Notes: generated from the letters alone by a model not told the origin. 40,018 nt of DNA from a virus (IMGVR_UViG_3300015615_001160:82526-122543), one strand, 5' to 3'; numbered from the stretch's first letter, positions 8,652-18,033 are shown. Translations and numbers: made by a program.

Positions 8652-10259
8652 TCAGGAAAAGGCGGGCACCGCAACCGGCGACTTGGTCGGCGATTTGTTT
8701 TCGAGCACGCGCTTCACGTCGCGCAGCAAGCCGGTCTGCGTCGTGAGTTCGCGCGTCTGGCGCTGTTGCTCGCGCAGGATCGGATCGCCGTTGCCGACCG
8801 CTGCACCGCCGCCGCCGATGCGCTGCAACGCCGACACCGCCGGACGAGATGCTTTTTGTGGCTTTTCCTCCTCTTCTTCCGGCAGCAGCGGCACGCCCTT
8901 GGGCTTCTCAGTTTCCACCGACGCCCGCGCTGTGTCGGAGACGCTTTGCACGCGCCGCATCACCGAGTCCACCGAGTCGTCGAGGTGCGCCTGCCAGTCG
9001 CTCGTGTCGATCAGGCTGCTGCCCTGCTCGAAGCCATCGCTCACGGCGTGCCCGATGTTTCCGATGGCCTCGGAAAAACGCGTGCTCGCTCGATTGAACG
9101 GCTCCTCGAAATGCGCCGCCGCCTTGTTGCTGCTGTCGTTCGCGCTCTTTCGCCAGTCGGCGGCATCCTGTTTCAGCCCGTCCGCAGCCTCGCCTGCGCC
9201 TTCGCCGATGAACCACCAGTCGCGCATCCCGTCGAAAATCTTGGCGAAGCCTTCCTCGACGAAGGCGATGAAATTCTTCGCCGCCGCGAGCATCGAGTAA
9301 CCCATGCCGATCCAGAAATCCGCGCTGGTCGCAATGGAGAGCAGCGTCAGCACGGTTTTCACGCCCTCGATTAGCGTGGTGATGAGCGCCTGACCGAGCG
9401 CGGTGAAAAGGCCGACCACCGTGTTGGCGATCTTCGCCAGCGCGATCTTTGCGGACGTCCAGAGGATGTCGCCCATCTTGCCGTCGGCGAACGCCTGCAT
9501 GATGAACGCGACGATCTCGCCGAAGTCTTGGCCCATCTTGGCGAGGTCGAGGCTGGCAAACTTGTCGAGCAGCGGCTTGAGCACGGGTGCGACCTTGTCG
9601 GCGAGGCCGATCCAGAACCCGCGCACTTTCACGCCGGTCAGCGCGAGCTTGTCGCTCACGTCGTCGAACAGGGCGGCGTCGCGCGCGAGCAATTGCGCCT
9701 GCGAGCCGAGTTGCTGCGAGGCTTCACCGAATCCATTCGAGCCAAACACCGCGAGTAACTCCGAGCCGCTCTTGCCGAAAATCTGCATCGCCACCGCAGC
9801 GCGCTCGGACGGGTTCTCGACCGCGTTGATTGCGGTGCCCAGCGCCCGGAACTGCTCGGCGGGTGTCTTGGCTTTGAGTTCATCGAGGCTCAGGCCGAGA
9901 CGCCGCACGGCATCGTCGGCGGTGCCGCTTTGCAGGCTGCGCGTCATCTTGGCCAGCGTAGGCCCGAGGTCTTCCGCCGATTTGCCGGCGTTGGCGAACT
10001 CCTGCTGCAAGACGACGAGATCGCCCACCGCCACGCCCGTGTTCGCCGAAAGATCGTTCAAATCGCCGCCGAGATCGAGCGCCTGCCGCATGTGATCAAA
10101 ACCAGCGGTGACGACACGCGCCGCTGCGCGCACGGCCACGAACGCGACCGCGAATTTGGCGATGCGCGCCTGCAACGCGAGCATCCGCTGGTTGATGCGC
10201 GTGAGCGCGGCTCCCAAGCGGCTGTCGTCGGCCTCGAAGATGGCGGTGGCTTTGCTCAT
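8652..10259 (-). CDS. Tail tape measure protein
   Basis: Start re-called at ATG 10259 (MSKATAIFEADDSRL). Ala-rich helical sequence, DLSANTGVAV and MQIFGKSGSELL motifs, hydrophobic C-terminal half; follows the G/GT chaperones. Confidence 0.85.
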   Translation of the reverse strand: MSKATAIFEADDSRLGAALTRINQRMLALQARIAKFAVAFVAVRAAARVVTAGFDHMRQALDLGGDLNDLSANTGVAVGDLVVLQQEFANAGKSAEDLGPTLAKMTRSLQSGTADDAVRRLGLSLDELKAKTPAEQFRALGTAINAVENPSERAAVAMQIFGKSGSELLAVFGSNGFGEASQQLGSQAQLLARDAALFDDVSDKLALTGVKVRGFWIGLADKVAPVLKPLLDKFASLDLAKMGQDFGEIVAFIMQAFADGKMGDILWTSAKIALAKIANTVVGLFTALGQALITTLIEGVKTVLTLLSIATSADFWIGMGYSMLAAAKNFIAFVEEGFAKIFDGMRDWWFIGEGAGEAADGLKQDAADWRKSANDSSNKAAAHFEEPFNRASTRFSEAIGNIGHAVSDGFEQGSSLIDTSDWQAHLDDSVDSVMRRVQSVSDTARASVETEKPKGVPLLPEEEEEKPQKASRPAVSALQRIGGGGAAVGNGDPILREQQRQTRELTTQTGLLRDVKRVLENKSPTKSPVAVPAFS

Positions 10260-10921
10260 TTGAATCCGGCTCGTCGAATCGCGCGTGTCAAAAGATGCCG
10301 CGCCTGCCGCTCCATCTTCTTGGCCTGATTGGTGATCGCGGTCTGCACGCGCCGCTCGTAAGCCGAGACGTTGCCGACATACTTCACGACGTTCGCCAGA
10401 ACGATCCGCACGCCGTTCGCGCCTGTGCTGACCTCGGCGTTGCCGTAGGATGAGCCGTGGCGTTTGACCCACGCGGGCAGTTTGACGCTGAGCTTTTCCG
10501 CCGCCGCGTTCCAGCCCGCTGCCAGCCAGCCCACGCGCGCGAGCAGCTTCTTCTGGTAGGCTTTGAGCGCGGCGCGCTCGACGGCGATCTTGGTTTTCAG
10601 CCCGCGCGGATTGACCCGGCCCGTCCGGCGATCCCGCAGCCGCTTGTGGACGGCTTCGGGTTGCTCCAGTGCGCGTTCAATGCGCTTGCTCGCAGCGACC
10701 ATGATCTTCGCCAGATCGCTCTGAATCGAGGCTTCGCCGACCTTCTTGGCCGCGTTGCCCGCGGTCTTCTTCGACGCGGGCGGTGTGATCGCGACCACGT
10801 CGCGCACGAAGCCCTTCGCGGCGGTTTCCACCAGCTCGCGTTCCGACTTCTTCACATGCGGCCGCAACTGCGCCATCGCGCGCTTGAGCCGGGTCATGTC
10901 GAATTTGCAGGCGATCTTCAT
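10256..10921 (-). CDS. Tail completion / HK97 gp10-like protein
   Basis: Start re-called at ATG 10921. Basic protein with A.KGFVRDVVAITPP (gp10-like 'TPV' region). Confidence 0.45.
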   Translation of the reverse strand: MKIACKFDMTRLKRAMAQLRPHVKKSERELVETAAKGFVRDVVAITPPASKKTAGNAAKKVGEASIQSDLAKIMVAASKRIERALEQPEAVHKRLRDRRTGRVNPRGLKTKIAVERAALKAYQKKLLARVGWLAAGWNAAAEKLSVKLPAWVKRHGSSYGNAEVSTGANGVRIVLANVVKYVGNVSAYERRVQTAITNQAKKMERQARHLLTRAIRRAGFK

Positions 10922-11570
10922 GCGGGTTTCCAGCGGGCGAGTAGCTGCTGGAATTGATCGGCAGCGGGCGGCGTCACCGGCACCGTCCACACGTCATGCG
11001 TCCGCAGCGCGCAGTGCTGGTATTGGAGGAGCCGCGCCAGCGGCAGATCCCAGAAGATGAAGTGCTCAGACCACCCGGTTTCTCGCGCCAGTGTGAAGAC
11101 GAAGCTCGCCGTCCACACCGGCTCGATCAGTTTGGGGGCGGCTGCTCGGTCTTTCCGCTCCTGCCCGGCTTCGCCACAACTTCGATCTGCGCGGCGGCGA
11201 CCGCTTCGACGTTCGCCTCGATCTGCTGCACCGCCTCCATCATGGCCTCGACGGGCAATTCCAACTCGAACGGCAGAAGATACTCGTCCTCGAATGCGGC
11301 GCGGTTTTCGCGCGCGAGCTTCGCCGCCTTTTTCACCACATCGAGCGGAGCGGCTTGGATGAAGAGGAACGCCGTGAGTTGCCGCTGCTTCTCGTCCACC
11401 GAGAGAGCTTCGAGTTCTTCCTTCGATGCGCCCGTGACCATCTTGAGGCCGAGCGCGCGGCAGAGCGTGAGCGTGCCCGCCGAGAATGGCCGCAGCTTGA
11501 GTCCACCGGCTTCCGAGGCGGGCGCGATGAAGCTGTCGATGTTCGTCTGGCTGCGTTCCTGATCGTTCAT
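10918..11570 (-). CDS. Tail assembly chaperone GT (about 217 aa) produced by -1 programmed frameshift
   Basis: The -1 frame after the slippery site continues LIEPVWTASFVFTLARETGWSEHFIFWDLPL...KPA*, directly upstream of the gp10-like and tape measure genes. Confidence 0.75.
11127..11570 (-). CDS. Tail assembly chaperone G
   Basis: 147 aa, ending ...CCC CCA AAC TGA with a slippery heptamer immediately before the stop. Confidence 0.75.
   Translation of the reverse strand: MNDQERSQTNIDSFIAPASEAGGLKLRPFSAGTLTLCRALGLKMVTGASKEELEALSVDEKQRQLTAFLFIQAAPLDVVKKAAKLARENRAAFEDEYLLPFELELPVEAMMEAVQQIEANVEAVAAAQIEVVAKPGRSGKTEQPPPN
11130..11136 (-). other. -1 ribosomal frameshift slippery site C CCA AAC
   Basis: Exact X XXY YYZ heptamer in the correct phase, with an open -1 frame to 10918. 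Confidence 0.8.
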
Positions 11571-12007
11571 TTTTCGAGTTCCGTGAGCAGTTCCAGACGG
11601 CGTTCAGGCGTGGCGTCGAACGGGATGAGAGCGATGCGCTTGCCTTTGCGGATGAGCGCGAGCGGTGCGCGCGTCTGCATCTCCGTCTCGATGCGCCGCA
11701 GATTGCCGAGGCCGCTCTTGAGATAGGCCAGCGGATGCTCGGCGTTCGCCCGCAGCCACGCATCATCCGACCACGCCGCGATGAGCTTGCGCGTATCGTA
11801 GCGTCCGCAATCCGAGCGGGCCTTGAGGGTCCACGTCACCACGCGGTGCTCGCTGCCCTCGACCAGTTCGCGTGTTTCGAGGTAGCCGCACTCCGCGTCG
11901 AGCGGAATGCCGAGCGCCACGAGCGCGGCGACGAGCCGGGTGATGTCCGAGGCGAGCGGGTCGGGAGACGCGTCGCGCACGATGCAAAGTTTGTCGCCCT
12001 TTTCCAT
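11567..12007 (-). CDS. Hypothetical protein between putative tail tube and chaperone G
   Basis: 146 aa, coupled to neighbours; no motif recognised. Confidence 0.6.
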   Translation of the reverse strand: MEKGDKLCIVRDASPDPLASDITRLVAALVALGIPLDAECGYLETRELVEGSEHRVVTWTLKARSDCGRYDTRKLIAAWSDDAWLRANAEHPLAYLKSGLGNLRRIETEMQTRAPLALIRKGKRIALIPFDATPERRLELLTELEK

Positions 12008-12008
12008 G

Positions 12009-12338
12009 TCAGTTCACCGCCTCCGCCGTCGGATAATTTTTGAAAGAATACTCCCAGCCATCGAAATCCTCGTTGTTCTCGCTGTGCTTCACGTTGGTGA
12101 TCACAGTGACGCCGCCCGTGAGTCCGCTCACACCGGGGTCGCCGACGCCGGGCACGATGGCGAGCGCGCCGTGGCCTTTCACCGAACCCTCGGTCATCTT
12201 CTTGTAGGTGTGGACGCGGGCGACTTCGCCATTGCTGCCGGGCAGTTCCTTGACCTGCACGCTCTCGTCGGTTTCCACCGAGTCGATGAGCGTTCCGGCG
12301 TGGCGCGTGATTCCGAATTTAACGTCAGAGGCAGGCAT
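12009..12338 (-). CDS. Putative major tail (tube) protein, unusually short
   Basis: 109 aa, beta-strand pattern, G/T/V-rich; position after the terminator-like gene and before the chaperones. Confidence 0.45.
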   Translation of the reverse strand: MPASDVKFGITRHAGTLIDSVETDESVQVKELPGSNGEVARVHTYKKMTEGSVKGHGALAIVPGVGDPGVSGLTGGVTVITNVKHSENNEDFDGWEYSFKNYPTAEAVN

Positions 12339-12354
12339 TTGACTGCTGTCAGCG

Positions 12355-12360
12355 TGTCAA
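12355..12360 (-). promoter_or_regulatory. TTGACA motif 16 nt upstream of ATG 12338
   Basis: TTGACA-cgctgacagcagtcaa-ATG; the spacer itself contains TGACA and GTCAA. Confidence 0.6.
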
Positions 12361-12364
12361 CGGC

Positions 12365-12769
12365 TCAGGGCGCGCCGTAGCCGACCTTGAGCGTCACGGG
12401 CGTGCGAAACTTGGTGGCCTCAACGCCGGGATCGGTCGCCGTGAGCGCGTAGCCGTAGAGATGAATCTGCCCGGCAGCGTTGATCGCCGCGATCACCGCC
12501 GCCTTGTCCGCGAGCTTTGCGCGCAGCAGTTCCACGCGCGCGGCGTGCTGTGCAGGCGGCGTGTCGTTCGCCTCGCTTTCCACAGCGAGCGTGAGTTCGC
12601 CGCGAAAGACCGACGCAGATCCCGCGAGAGGATCGGACTTCGCACTCGCGCTCAGTGCCGGGAGCTTGTGCTGTTCGTCGTCGTGGCCGGTGAAGAAGTG
12701 AAGGCCGGCGAAAGCGCCGTCCGACTGGAACAGCGCGAGGAATGCAGTTTCGAGTGCGTGGTCGAGCAT
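12365..12769 (-). CDS. Putative tail terminator / neck protein
   Basis: 134 aa; position after the head-closure gene; alpha/beta pattern. Confidence 0.45.
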   Translation of the reverse strand: MLDHALETAFLALFQSDGAFAGLHFFTGHDDEQHKLPALSASAKSDPLAGSASVFRGELTLAVESEANDTPPAQHAARVELLRAKLADKAAVIAAINAAGQIHLYGYALTATDPGVEATKFRTPVTLKVGYGAP

Positions 12770-12773
12770 GGTA

Positions 12774-13082
12774 TTATTCCACGGGCGAAACGACCAGCAC
12801 GAGCATGGGGAACTGCGGATGATCGGTGACGCGAGTGATGCGGTAGTCCTGGCTTTGGAAGCCGATCAATTCCCCGAGCTGCGGCCTCGCGCCCGTGAAT
12901 GCCGAGCGCATGATTTTGATGGTGAAATCGCCCGTCTCCGTGAAGCCGCCGACGTTGAGTTCCTGACTGAGCGTCGGCTCGGAGATGAGCGCCTGATACG
13001 TGCTGCCCTGCCAAGTGACCGGCTCGCCGACCACATCGAGGATGTTGGCCAGATCGGCGGCTTTTTCTTCTCGGAGCGTCAT
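12774..13082 (-). CDS. Head-closure (lambda gpFII-like) head-tail joining protein
   Basis: GEPVTWQG...P.LGELI.F....YRITRV pattern; follows the capsid gene. Confidence 0.65.
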   Translation of the reverse strand: MTLREEKAADLANILDVVGEPVTWQGSTYQALISEPTLSQELNVGGFTETGDFTIKIMRSAFTGARPQLGELIGFQSQDYRITRVTDHPQFPMLVLVVSPVE

Positions 13083-13095
13083 GCCATCAGGCCGC

Positions 13096-13101
13096 TGTCA
13101 A
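13096..13101 (-). promoter_or_regulatory. TTGACA motif 13 nt upstream of ATG 13082
   Basis: TTGACA-gcggcctgatggc-ATG. Confidence 0.6.
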
Positions 13102-13124
13102 CGCGGCTCGGCGTCGTGAAGCGG

Positions 13125-13156
13125 AAAGCCCTCCCCGCGCGAGCAGAGAGGGCTTT
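13125..13156 (-). terminator. Stem-loop after major capsid gene (likely intrinsic terminator/attenuator)
   Basis: AAAGCCCTC-N14-GAGGGCTTT inverted repeat; short U-tract. Confidence 0.6.
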
Positions 13157-13181
13157 GAGCAACCGCAGCCGAACTGAAGTC

Positions 13182-14078
13182 TTACGGCTTCACGAGCCGC
13201 TTGAGGCCCGCGGGGATCGCTACCGCGAAGCCGTAGAGGCACTCGATGGTGATGAAGATGCGGTTCGAGCTGGTCTCGGTGTAGCGCAGGTAGCCGAAGG
13301 TGAGGCCCGTCTCCGGGTCGGTGACCGCGCCAGCTTCGTCGTATTCCGCGACGGGCTGGAGGTAGCGCATGGCGACCGCGATGGCGCTCGGATGCACCGC
13401 GAAGCCGACGAGCTTCTCCGGGTGATCGGACGGCAGCACGATGGTCTCGTAGAGATCGAAACCGGCGAGCCGTTTGACCTGAGCTTCGACCACGCCGGGC
13501 GCGGAGACATTCAGATTGAAGCTCTTCGCCACGACATCATCGGCGAGCAGGTTCGTGTAGTAACCGGCGTCGAGGATGATCGACCGCTGCGAGGCGGGCA
13601 TCTTCGCATTGCCGCAGGCTTCGCGCACGCCCAGCACCTTCTTGTAGTCGAACGCCGTCGCGGCGAGCGCGGGGATGACCGGCGCACCATAGTTGGCGGC
13701 GCTGATCACCGAGAAGATGTCGAGCAGGACGTCCTGCGCGAGTTGCGTCGCCTTGGACTGGAGCAGCGTCTCCAGCACGGGCACCGCCGACTCGCTGGCT
13801 TCCTTCGCGGTGACGTGGAAGGTCTGGAACTTGTGCCGATTGAGCACGACCGGGAGCGTCGAGATCGAAGAGTCGATGCCCTGAAGGTAGGTGCCCGCGA
13901 AATCGTTCGATTCCGACGGCGCGCCGACCACAGGCACGCGCACGGTGTCGAGTTTGTCGGCAGGCTCCGGCGAGAAGTTCGTCGAGAGAGCGCGCAGCGG
14001 AAGCAGGCCCGCCATCCACGGCTGGAGCGCGGACTGCGCGATCTTGATGTCTTTGACGTTGGTCAGGGTGTTGGGCAT
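13182..14078 (-). CDS. Major capsid protein (HK97 fold, P22-coat-like)
   Basis: 298 aa after protease and scaffold; GFDLYE, FAVHPSAIAVAMR and IECLYGFAV are typical P-domain motifs. Confidence 0.8.
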   Translation of the reverse strand: MPNTLTNVKDIKIAQSALQPWMAGLLPLRALSTNFSPEPADKLDTVRVPVVGAPSESNDFAGTYLQGIDSSISTLPVVLNRHKFQTFHVTAKEASESAVPVLETLLQSKATQLAQDVLLDIFSVISAANYGAPVIPALAATAFDYKKVLGVREACGNAKMPASQRSIILDAGYYTNLLADDVVAKSFNLNVSAPGVVEAQVKRLAGFDLYETIVLPSDHPEKLVGFAVHPSAIAVAMRYLQPVAEYDEAGAVTDPETGLTFGYLRYTETSSNRIFITIECLYGFAVAIPAGLKRLVKP

Positions 14079-14087
14079 GGCGACGGT

Positions 14088-14531
14088 TTATTGGTGGTTG
14101 AGAATTGCGGCCTTCTGCTGGGGCGTGAGCTTGCGCCAGAACGCGGTCTGCTCGGTGGGATCGGTGATGGCCTTGAACTGCTCGATGAGCGTGGCCATCT
14201 CGTTCTCGGCCTGCGGCGTGACCTTCGCGGGTGCCTGCGTGCCGGTGCTGGCGACGATTTGCGCGGCGCGGAGCGAGGCGCGTTTTTCGAGGTCTTGCTC
14301 CTTCGCTTCTAGTTCCTTCGCCCGCGCGGAAAGCGACTCGATGGACTGACGCGCAGTGGTGAGATCGGCGGCGAGACGTTCGCGGTCGGCGTTGAGTTCG
14401 GTGACCTGCACCTTGAGCGTGTCGATCTGCGCGGAGGCTTCGGTGAGCAGCGCCGCGCCAGCCTTGGCGTCGGCTTCGAGGGTTGCCGCCTTGGCCAGCG
14501 CCTCTTCGAGTTGTTCGTCAACGGTCTTCAT
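14088..14531 (-). CDS. Capsid scaffolding-like coiled-coil protein
   Basis: A/E/K/L-rich heptad pattern; lies between protease and capsid. Confidence 0.6.
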   Translation of the reverse strand: MKTVDEQLEEALAKAATLEADAKAGAALLTEASAQIDTLKVQVTELNADRERLAADLTTARQSIESLSARAKELEAKEQDLEKRASLRAAQIVASTGTQAPAKVTPQAENEMATLIEQFKAITDPTEQTAFWRKLTPQQKAAILNHQ

Positions 14532-14547
14532 TTTGCGGTGGAGTGCG

Positions 14548-14553
14548 TGTCAA
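14548..14553 (-). promoter_or_regulatory. TTGACA motif 16 nt upstream of ATG 14531 (its TGA is the S49 stop codon)
   Basis: TTGACA-cgcactccaccgcaaa-ATG. Confidence 0.55.
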
Positions 14554-15362
14554 CCAGCGACGTGCCGGGAACGGAGTTTGCCGAGGGCGTCGGCGCGGCT
14601 GGGAACGACGCCGGAAATGAGCGAGTGATACGCGGCCTTTCGCGCCGAGAACGTCTGCCCCTCCATCACGTCGGGCGTGACATTGCGCCCGCGGGCGAGC
14701 ACCGCGGAGCGGAACTCGGACGCGATTTCCTCAACGTCGGCCTGGAGCCACGCGCGCTGTTCGTCGGTGAGTGGAACGCCGGGCATCCCCGTGCTCTTGA
14801 ACTTGCCCGCTGCGAATACTTCGACCTTCAGCCCTTGCCGTTGCATGGCCTCGCTGCTGTCGAGCACCGGGAGCAACACGCCGATCGAACCGACCCGCGC
14901 GCTCGGCGTTGCATAGACCGCATCGCACTGACTGCCGACCCAGTATGCCGCCGAGCACATCTGGCCGGCGGTGAAGGCGTAGGTGTATTTCTGCGCGCAG
15001 ACCTCGGCGACGGCGTTCGCCAGTTCCGGCGTGCCGCTCACGCTGCCGCCGGGCGAATCGATGTCGAGAAACACCGCTTCCACGTCCGGGCGCTGCCCGG
15101 CTTCGCGGACGGCAGCGATGGCCTCGTCGGTGTCGGTCGCGCCAAACAAGACCGAGGAGATGAAATCGGGTTTGCGGATCAGCGGCCCGGTGAGGTTCAC
15201 GATGCCCACGCCATTCTCGACTGACAGCAGCGCAGACTTCGCGGGTGGTGTGAGCTTGCCCGGCGACTCGAAAAACGCGTGTCCCGCCGCCACGAGCGCC
15301 GCGTGCGCCTCGGGCGTGATCAGCCACGGCTGCTTGAGAAGAAGAGTTTCGGCGAGCGTCAC
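14550..15362 (-). CDS. S49 family capsid maturation protease (lambda gpC-like)
   Basis: LDIDSPGG, CSAAYW, GSIGV and AGKFK motifs. Confidence 0.9.
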   Translation of the reverse strand: MTLAETLLLKQPWLITPEAHAALVAAGHAFFESPGKLTPPAKSALLSVENGVGIVNLTGPLIRKPDFISSVLFGATDTDEAIAAVREAGQRPDVEAVFLDIDSPGGSVSGTPELANAVAEVCAQKYTYAFTAGQMCSAAYWVGSQCDAVYATPSARVGSIGVLLPVLDSSEAMQRQGLKVEVFAAGKFKSTGMPGVPLTDEQRAWLQADVEEIASEFRSAVLARGRNVTPDVMEGQTFSARKAAYHSLISGVVPSRADALGKLRSRHVAG

Positions 15363-16819
15363 GCCGCTGCGGGCGTGTCAACAGGGCCGGGCGGTGTGCC
15401 CGCAGGTGGCGCGGCGAGTGGCGTGCTGTTCACCGGCTTCCACAGCATCTCAATGGGCACGCCATACTTCGCCGCTGTTTCGAGGATCAGCTTTGCATCC
15501 TGCGCGCGGCGCTCGACCTCTTCGCCGAAGTCCGCGCCGAGTTCGGCGTAGTGATCGGTGAGCGTCTTGAGGCCCATCTCGACGTCGGCCCGGTTCTGCT
15601 GCGCCTCGCGACCGGCATCGACGGTGATGCGGCGCGGCGTGGTGCAGGACACGCGCTGCCAGTTCGCCACGAGCGGTAGTTCACCGCGCACGATGGCGTC
15701 GCCGATGACGTAGGCCCACACGGGTCGGATGAGCCGCTGGATGAGGATAAGCTGGCGGTAGGAAAAGCGACGGTCGGCTTTCGCCACGACAAGCCGCACG
15801 CCCGCACCGCCCACTTTGCTGGAATCGGCGGCGAACTCGTAGGGAATGACGCCGAGCGCCGAGTCGCGCCGCAGGTGGTCGAGGAAACCCGTGAAGGTTG
15901 GCGACGGACGCTTCGACTCGAAGCTGTCGAGCGACTCGTTGGGTTTGAGCGCGACGAGTTTTCCGCCGACGATCTTCTGCAACGACACCGGATCGCTCGT
16001 CTCGGTCTGCGGTGCATCGCTCGGCACCGAGAAATCTCCATCCTCGCCGACTTCACCGCGCTCGGTTTTCAGCACGCGCGCGATGTCCGCGTTGTCTTTG
16101 ACCGCGTGCTTTTCCAGCGCGAGCAGCTCGATCTCGTCGAGGATATGATTGATCGAGTGCTGCATCGTCGGTGCCTGCCGCACGGCAGTGACCGACTCCG
16201 GCTCGAAGACGTGGAGCACCGATGCCGCCGGCAAATCGCGCAGTGTGCCCGCGTCCTCGATCAGCCGGTAAAAGAGCGGAGCGCCAAACGCATCGATGCC
16301 GATGCCGTCCACGGTCTCGCGCGACCCGGCGCTGTCGCCGATGCGGTGGGACTCGACCAGTTGCAGCAGCGGCCGGGAGTCGGCGTCGCGGGTCTTGTGG
16401 ACGAAGTATTCGCCGTCCACATCCACCGCCCGGCAGATGATCGACTGGCATTCCTCGAACGAGAACCGGCGCGTGACCTCGCAGCGGGCCGACCACCAAG
16501 CGAAGTATTCCTCGGCAAGCCGGTTCCACGCCGGGTCTGGCGACTGCGCTTGCGGTTTGATGCCGTCGCCCGTCGAGTAGATCGCCATGTTGCCGACCAT
16601 CTCGCGGACGAACCCGGAGTTCTTGTGGAGATAGCGCGACCGGCGCACGAGTTCGCTGCGGACGCCGGGCGAGAGATCGCGCTTCGCGTCGCCGGGCGAA
16701 GCGCCAGGCACAGGCCCGCGCCGGGGCGAGTAGTTTGCCGACTCGTAGGGCGAGGCCCACGCTTTCGGCAGCAGGATGGGCGGCAGAATCCGCCGCGCGA
16801 GAATGGCGAGACGGTTCAT
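15359..16819 (-). CDS. Phage portal protein, lambda family
   Basis: RSRYLHKNSGFVR, DGEYF, LQLVESHRI, DGI.IDAFG.P and RRITVDAGRE motifs. Confidence 0.92.
   Translation of the reverse strand: MNRLAILARRILPPILLPKAWASPYESANYSPRRGPVPGASPGDAKRDLSPGVRSELVRRSRYLHKNSGFVREMVGNMAIYSTGDGIKPQAQSPDPAWNRLAEEYFAWWSARCEVTRRFSFEECQSIICRAVDVDGEYFVHKTRDADSRPLLQLVESHRIGDSAGSRETVDGIGIDAFGAPLFYRLIEDAGTLRDLPAASVLHVFEPESVTAVRQAPTMQHSINHILDEIELLALEKHAVKDNADIARVLKTERGEVGEDGDFSVPSDAPQTETSDPVSLQKIVGGKLVALKPNESLDSFESKRPSPTFTGFLDHLRRDSALGVIPYEFAADSSKVGGAGVRLVVAKADRRFSYRQLILIQRLIRPVWAYVIGDAIVRGELPLVANWQRVSCTTPRRITVDAGREAQQNRADVEMGLKTLTDHYAELGADFGEEVERRAQDAKLILETAAKYGVPIEMLWKPVNSTPLAAPPAGTPPGPVDTPAAA
15376..15381 (-). promoter_or_regulatory. 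TTGACA motif 13 nt upstream of GTG 15362
   Basis: TTGACA-cgcccgcagcggc-GTG, inside the 3' end of the portal gene. Confidence 0.6.
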
Positions 16820-17073
16820 TTCGGGATGTAGCCGACACTCGATTGCGCGACACGGCGGCGGCGTCCGTAGGTTTCAGGATCGAGAACGCGCAGCGCGTGC
16901 GCGCACTCGTCGAGCACCTCCTTTACCGGCATCGGAAATTGCTTCGATGCCGAGGAGCCGCTGTCGCTCCACGACATGAGCGTCTTGCCCTCGATGAGCA
17001 TTTGTTTCGCCTTCGCCTGAATCTGGAGAACTTCGGCGACGGTGAAGCCGGTGATGAAAAGGCCCTGCGCCAT
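16816..17073 (-). CDS. Head-tail adaptor (lambda gpW-like position)
   Basis: 85 aa directly upstream of the lambda-type portal; helix-hairpin-helix pattern. Confidence 0.55.
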   Translation of the reverse strand: MAQGLFITGFTVAEVLQIQAKAKQMLIEGKTLMSWSDSGSSASKQFPMPVKEVLDECAHALRVLDPETYGRRRRVAQSSVGYIPK

Positions 17074-17086
17074 GCGCGGGGCTGTG

Positions 17087-17092
17087 TGTCAA
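17087..17092 (-). promoter_or_regulatory. TTGACA motif 13 nt upstream of ATG 17073 (its TGA is the DUF4268 stop codon)
   Basis: TTGACA-cacagccccgcgc-ATG. Confidence 0.6.
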
Positions 17093-18027
17093 CGCAGGCT
17101 GGCAATCCTCGCCGCGAAAACCTGCTTAATCTTCAGCAGCCTCTGGATCAGCCACGTCCGGATTTCTTCCAGTCGTTCATCGCTGTCCTCCACCGAACCA
17201 CTGCGATGGATGCAAATACGGCATGCGCGCTTTTCGTCGAGGCGTTGCCATTCCAGCGGCTCTCCAAATTCCTTTTCAATCGCCTCCCGTTGCGCGTGAA
17301 GCTCATCGAAGAAGCGCTTGTTCGTCTCACGATCCTCGCAGTCGATGTAAACCTCCGCACGGACGGTGCCCTTTCCTGTGAAATTGGCCGAGTAGTTGAA
17401 GCTGCTATTGCCGCTCGAAAACGCATACCAGCATTGCGGCTGGGCGACCTTGGCATTGGTGAAGTGATGCCGCTCGCGAAGCTCATCCAGCAGCGGCTGG
17501 TAGAAGCGGCGATACTTTTCTCCCTTCTCGGACTGGCCCGCCTGAGCCGCCTTCATCGTCTGCTTCTGCCATTCATTGGGCCGAACGACGGGCTTGAAGA
17601 GCACCGCTGGCTTTGAGTCGCCGATTTTCACGACCTCCAAAACGACGGCGAAAAAGTCGACGCCCTCGATGGTCTTGGAATTTAGCCACTCCAATGCCTG
17701 CCGGTGCTCCTCCCGCAGTTCTGTCGAAACCCAGATGACAATCGCGGCGTCCGTTCCGCCCGCGTAGGTAAGGAGTTTGCCGAGGTGATCGTGGTCGGTC
17801 GCCTCCAGTTGATTTTCGATGATGACCGGGCGTTTTGATTCGAGATCGATTGCCAGAATATCGAGCGAGAACTCGCCGATTGCCTGCTCCTGCTTTGTCG
17901 CTTCGATCTGAAGGCCTAGCGCACGACCGAGACGCTCCAGATTTTCATACAGCCACGGCGTGAAGTCGTGCGCCTCGTGTCTCCAGAATCCGCGCGGGTC
18001 GATGTTGGAAAGTTCTTCAAACTCCAT
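17089..18027 (-). CDS. NucS-like PD-(D/E)xK nuclease + DUF4268 domain protein (moron)
   Basis: W.HEA.DFTPWL, EQ.IGEF.LDIL, IIENQL..TDHDHLGKL.TY and a C-terminal IE.EFGEPLEW; visibly more AT-rich than its neighbours. Confidence 0.75.
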   Translation of the reverse strand: MEFEELSNIDPRGFWRHEAHDFTPWLYENLERLGRALGLQIEATKQEQAIGEFSLDILAIDLESKRPVIIENQLEATDHDHLGKLLTYAGGTDAAIVIWVSTELREEHRQALEWLNSKTIEGVDFFAVVLEVVKIGDSKPAVLFKPVVRPNEWQKQTMKAAQAGQSEKGEKYRRFYQPLLDELRERHHFTNAKVAQPQCWYAFSSGNSSFNYSANFTGKGTVRAEVYIDCEDRETNKRFFDELHAQREAIEKEFGEPLEWQRLDEKRACRICIHRSGSVEDSDERLEEIRTWLIQRLLKIKQVFAARIASLR

Positions 18028-18033
18028 CGGCGC

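Noticed and set aside
10286-10291. TTGACA before the tape measure start, and another at 3726-3731
   Set aside because: Spacing (26 nt and about 80 nt) is outside the 13-16 nt class and both are explained by coding sequence (LLTR, FDT); not counted.
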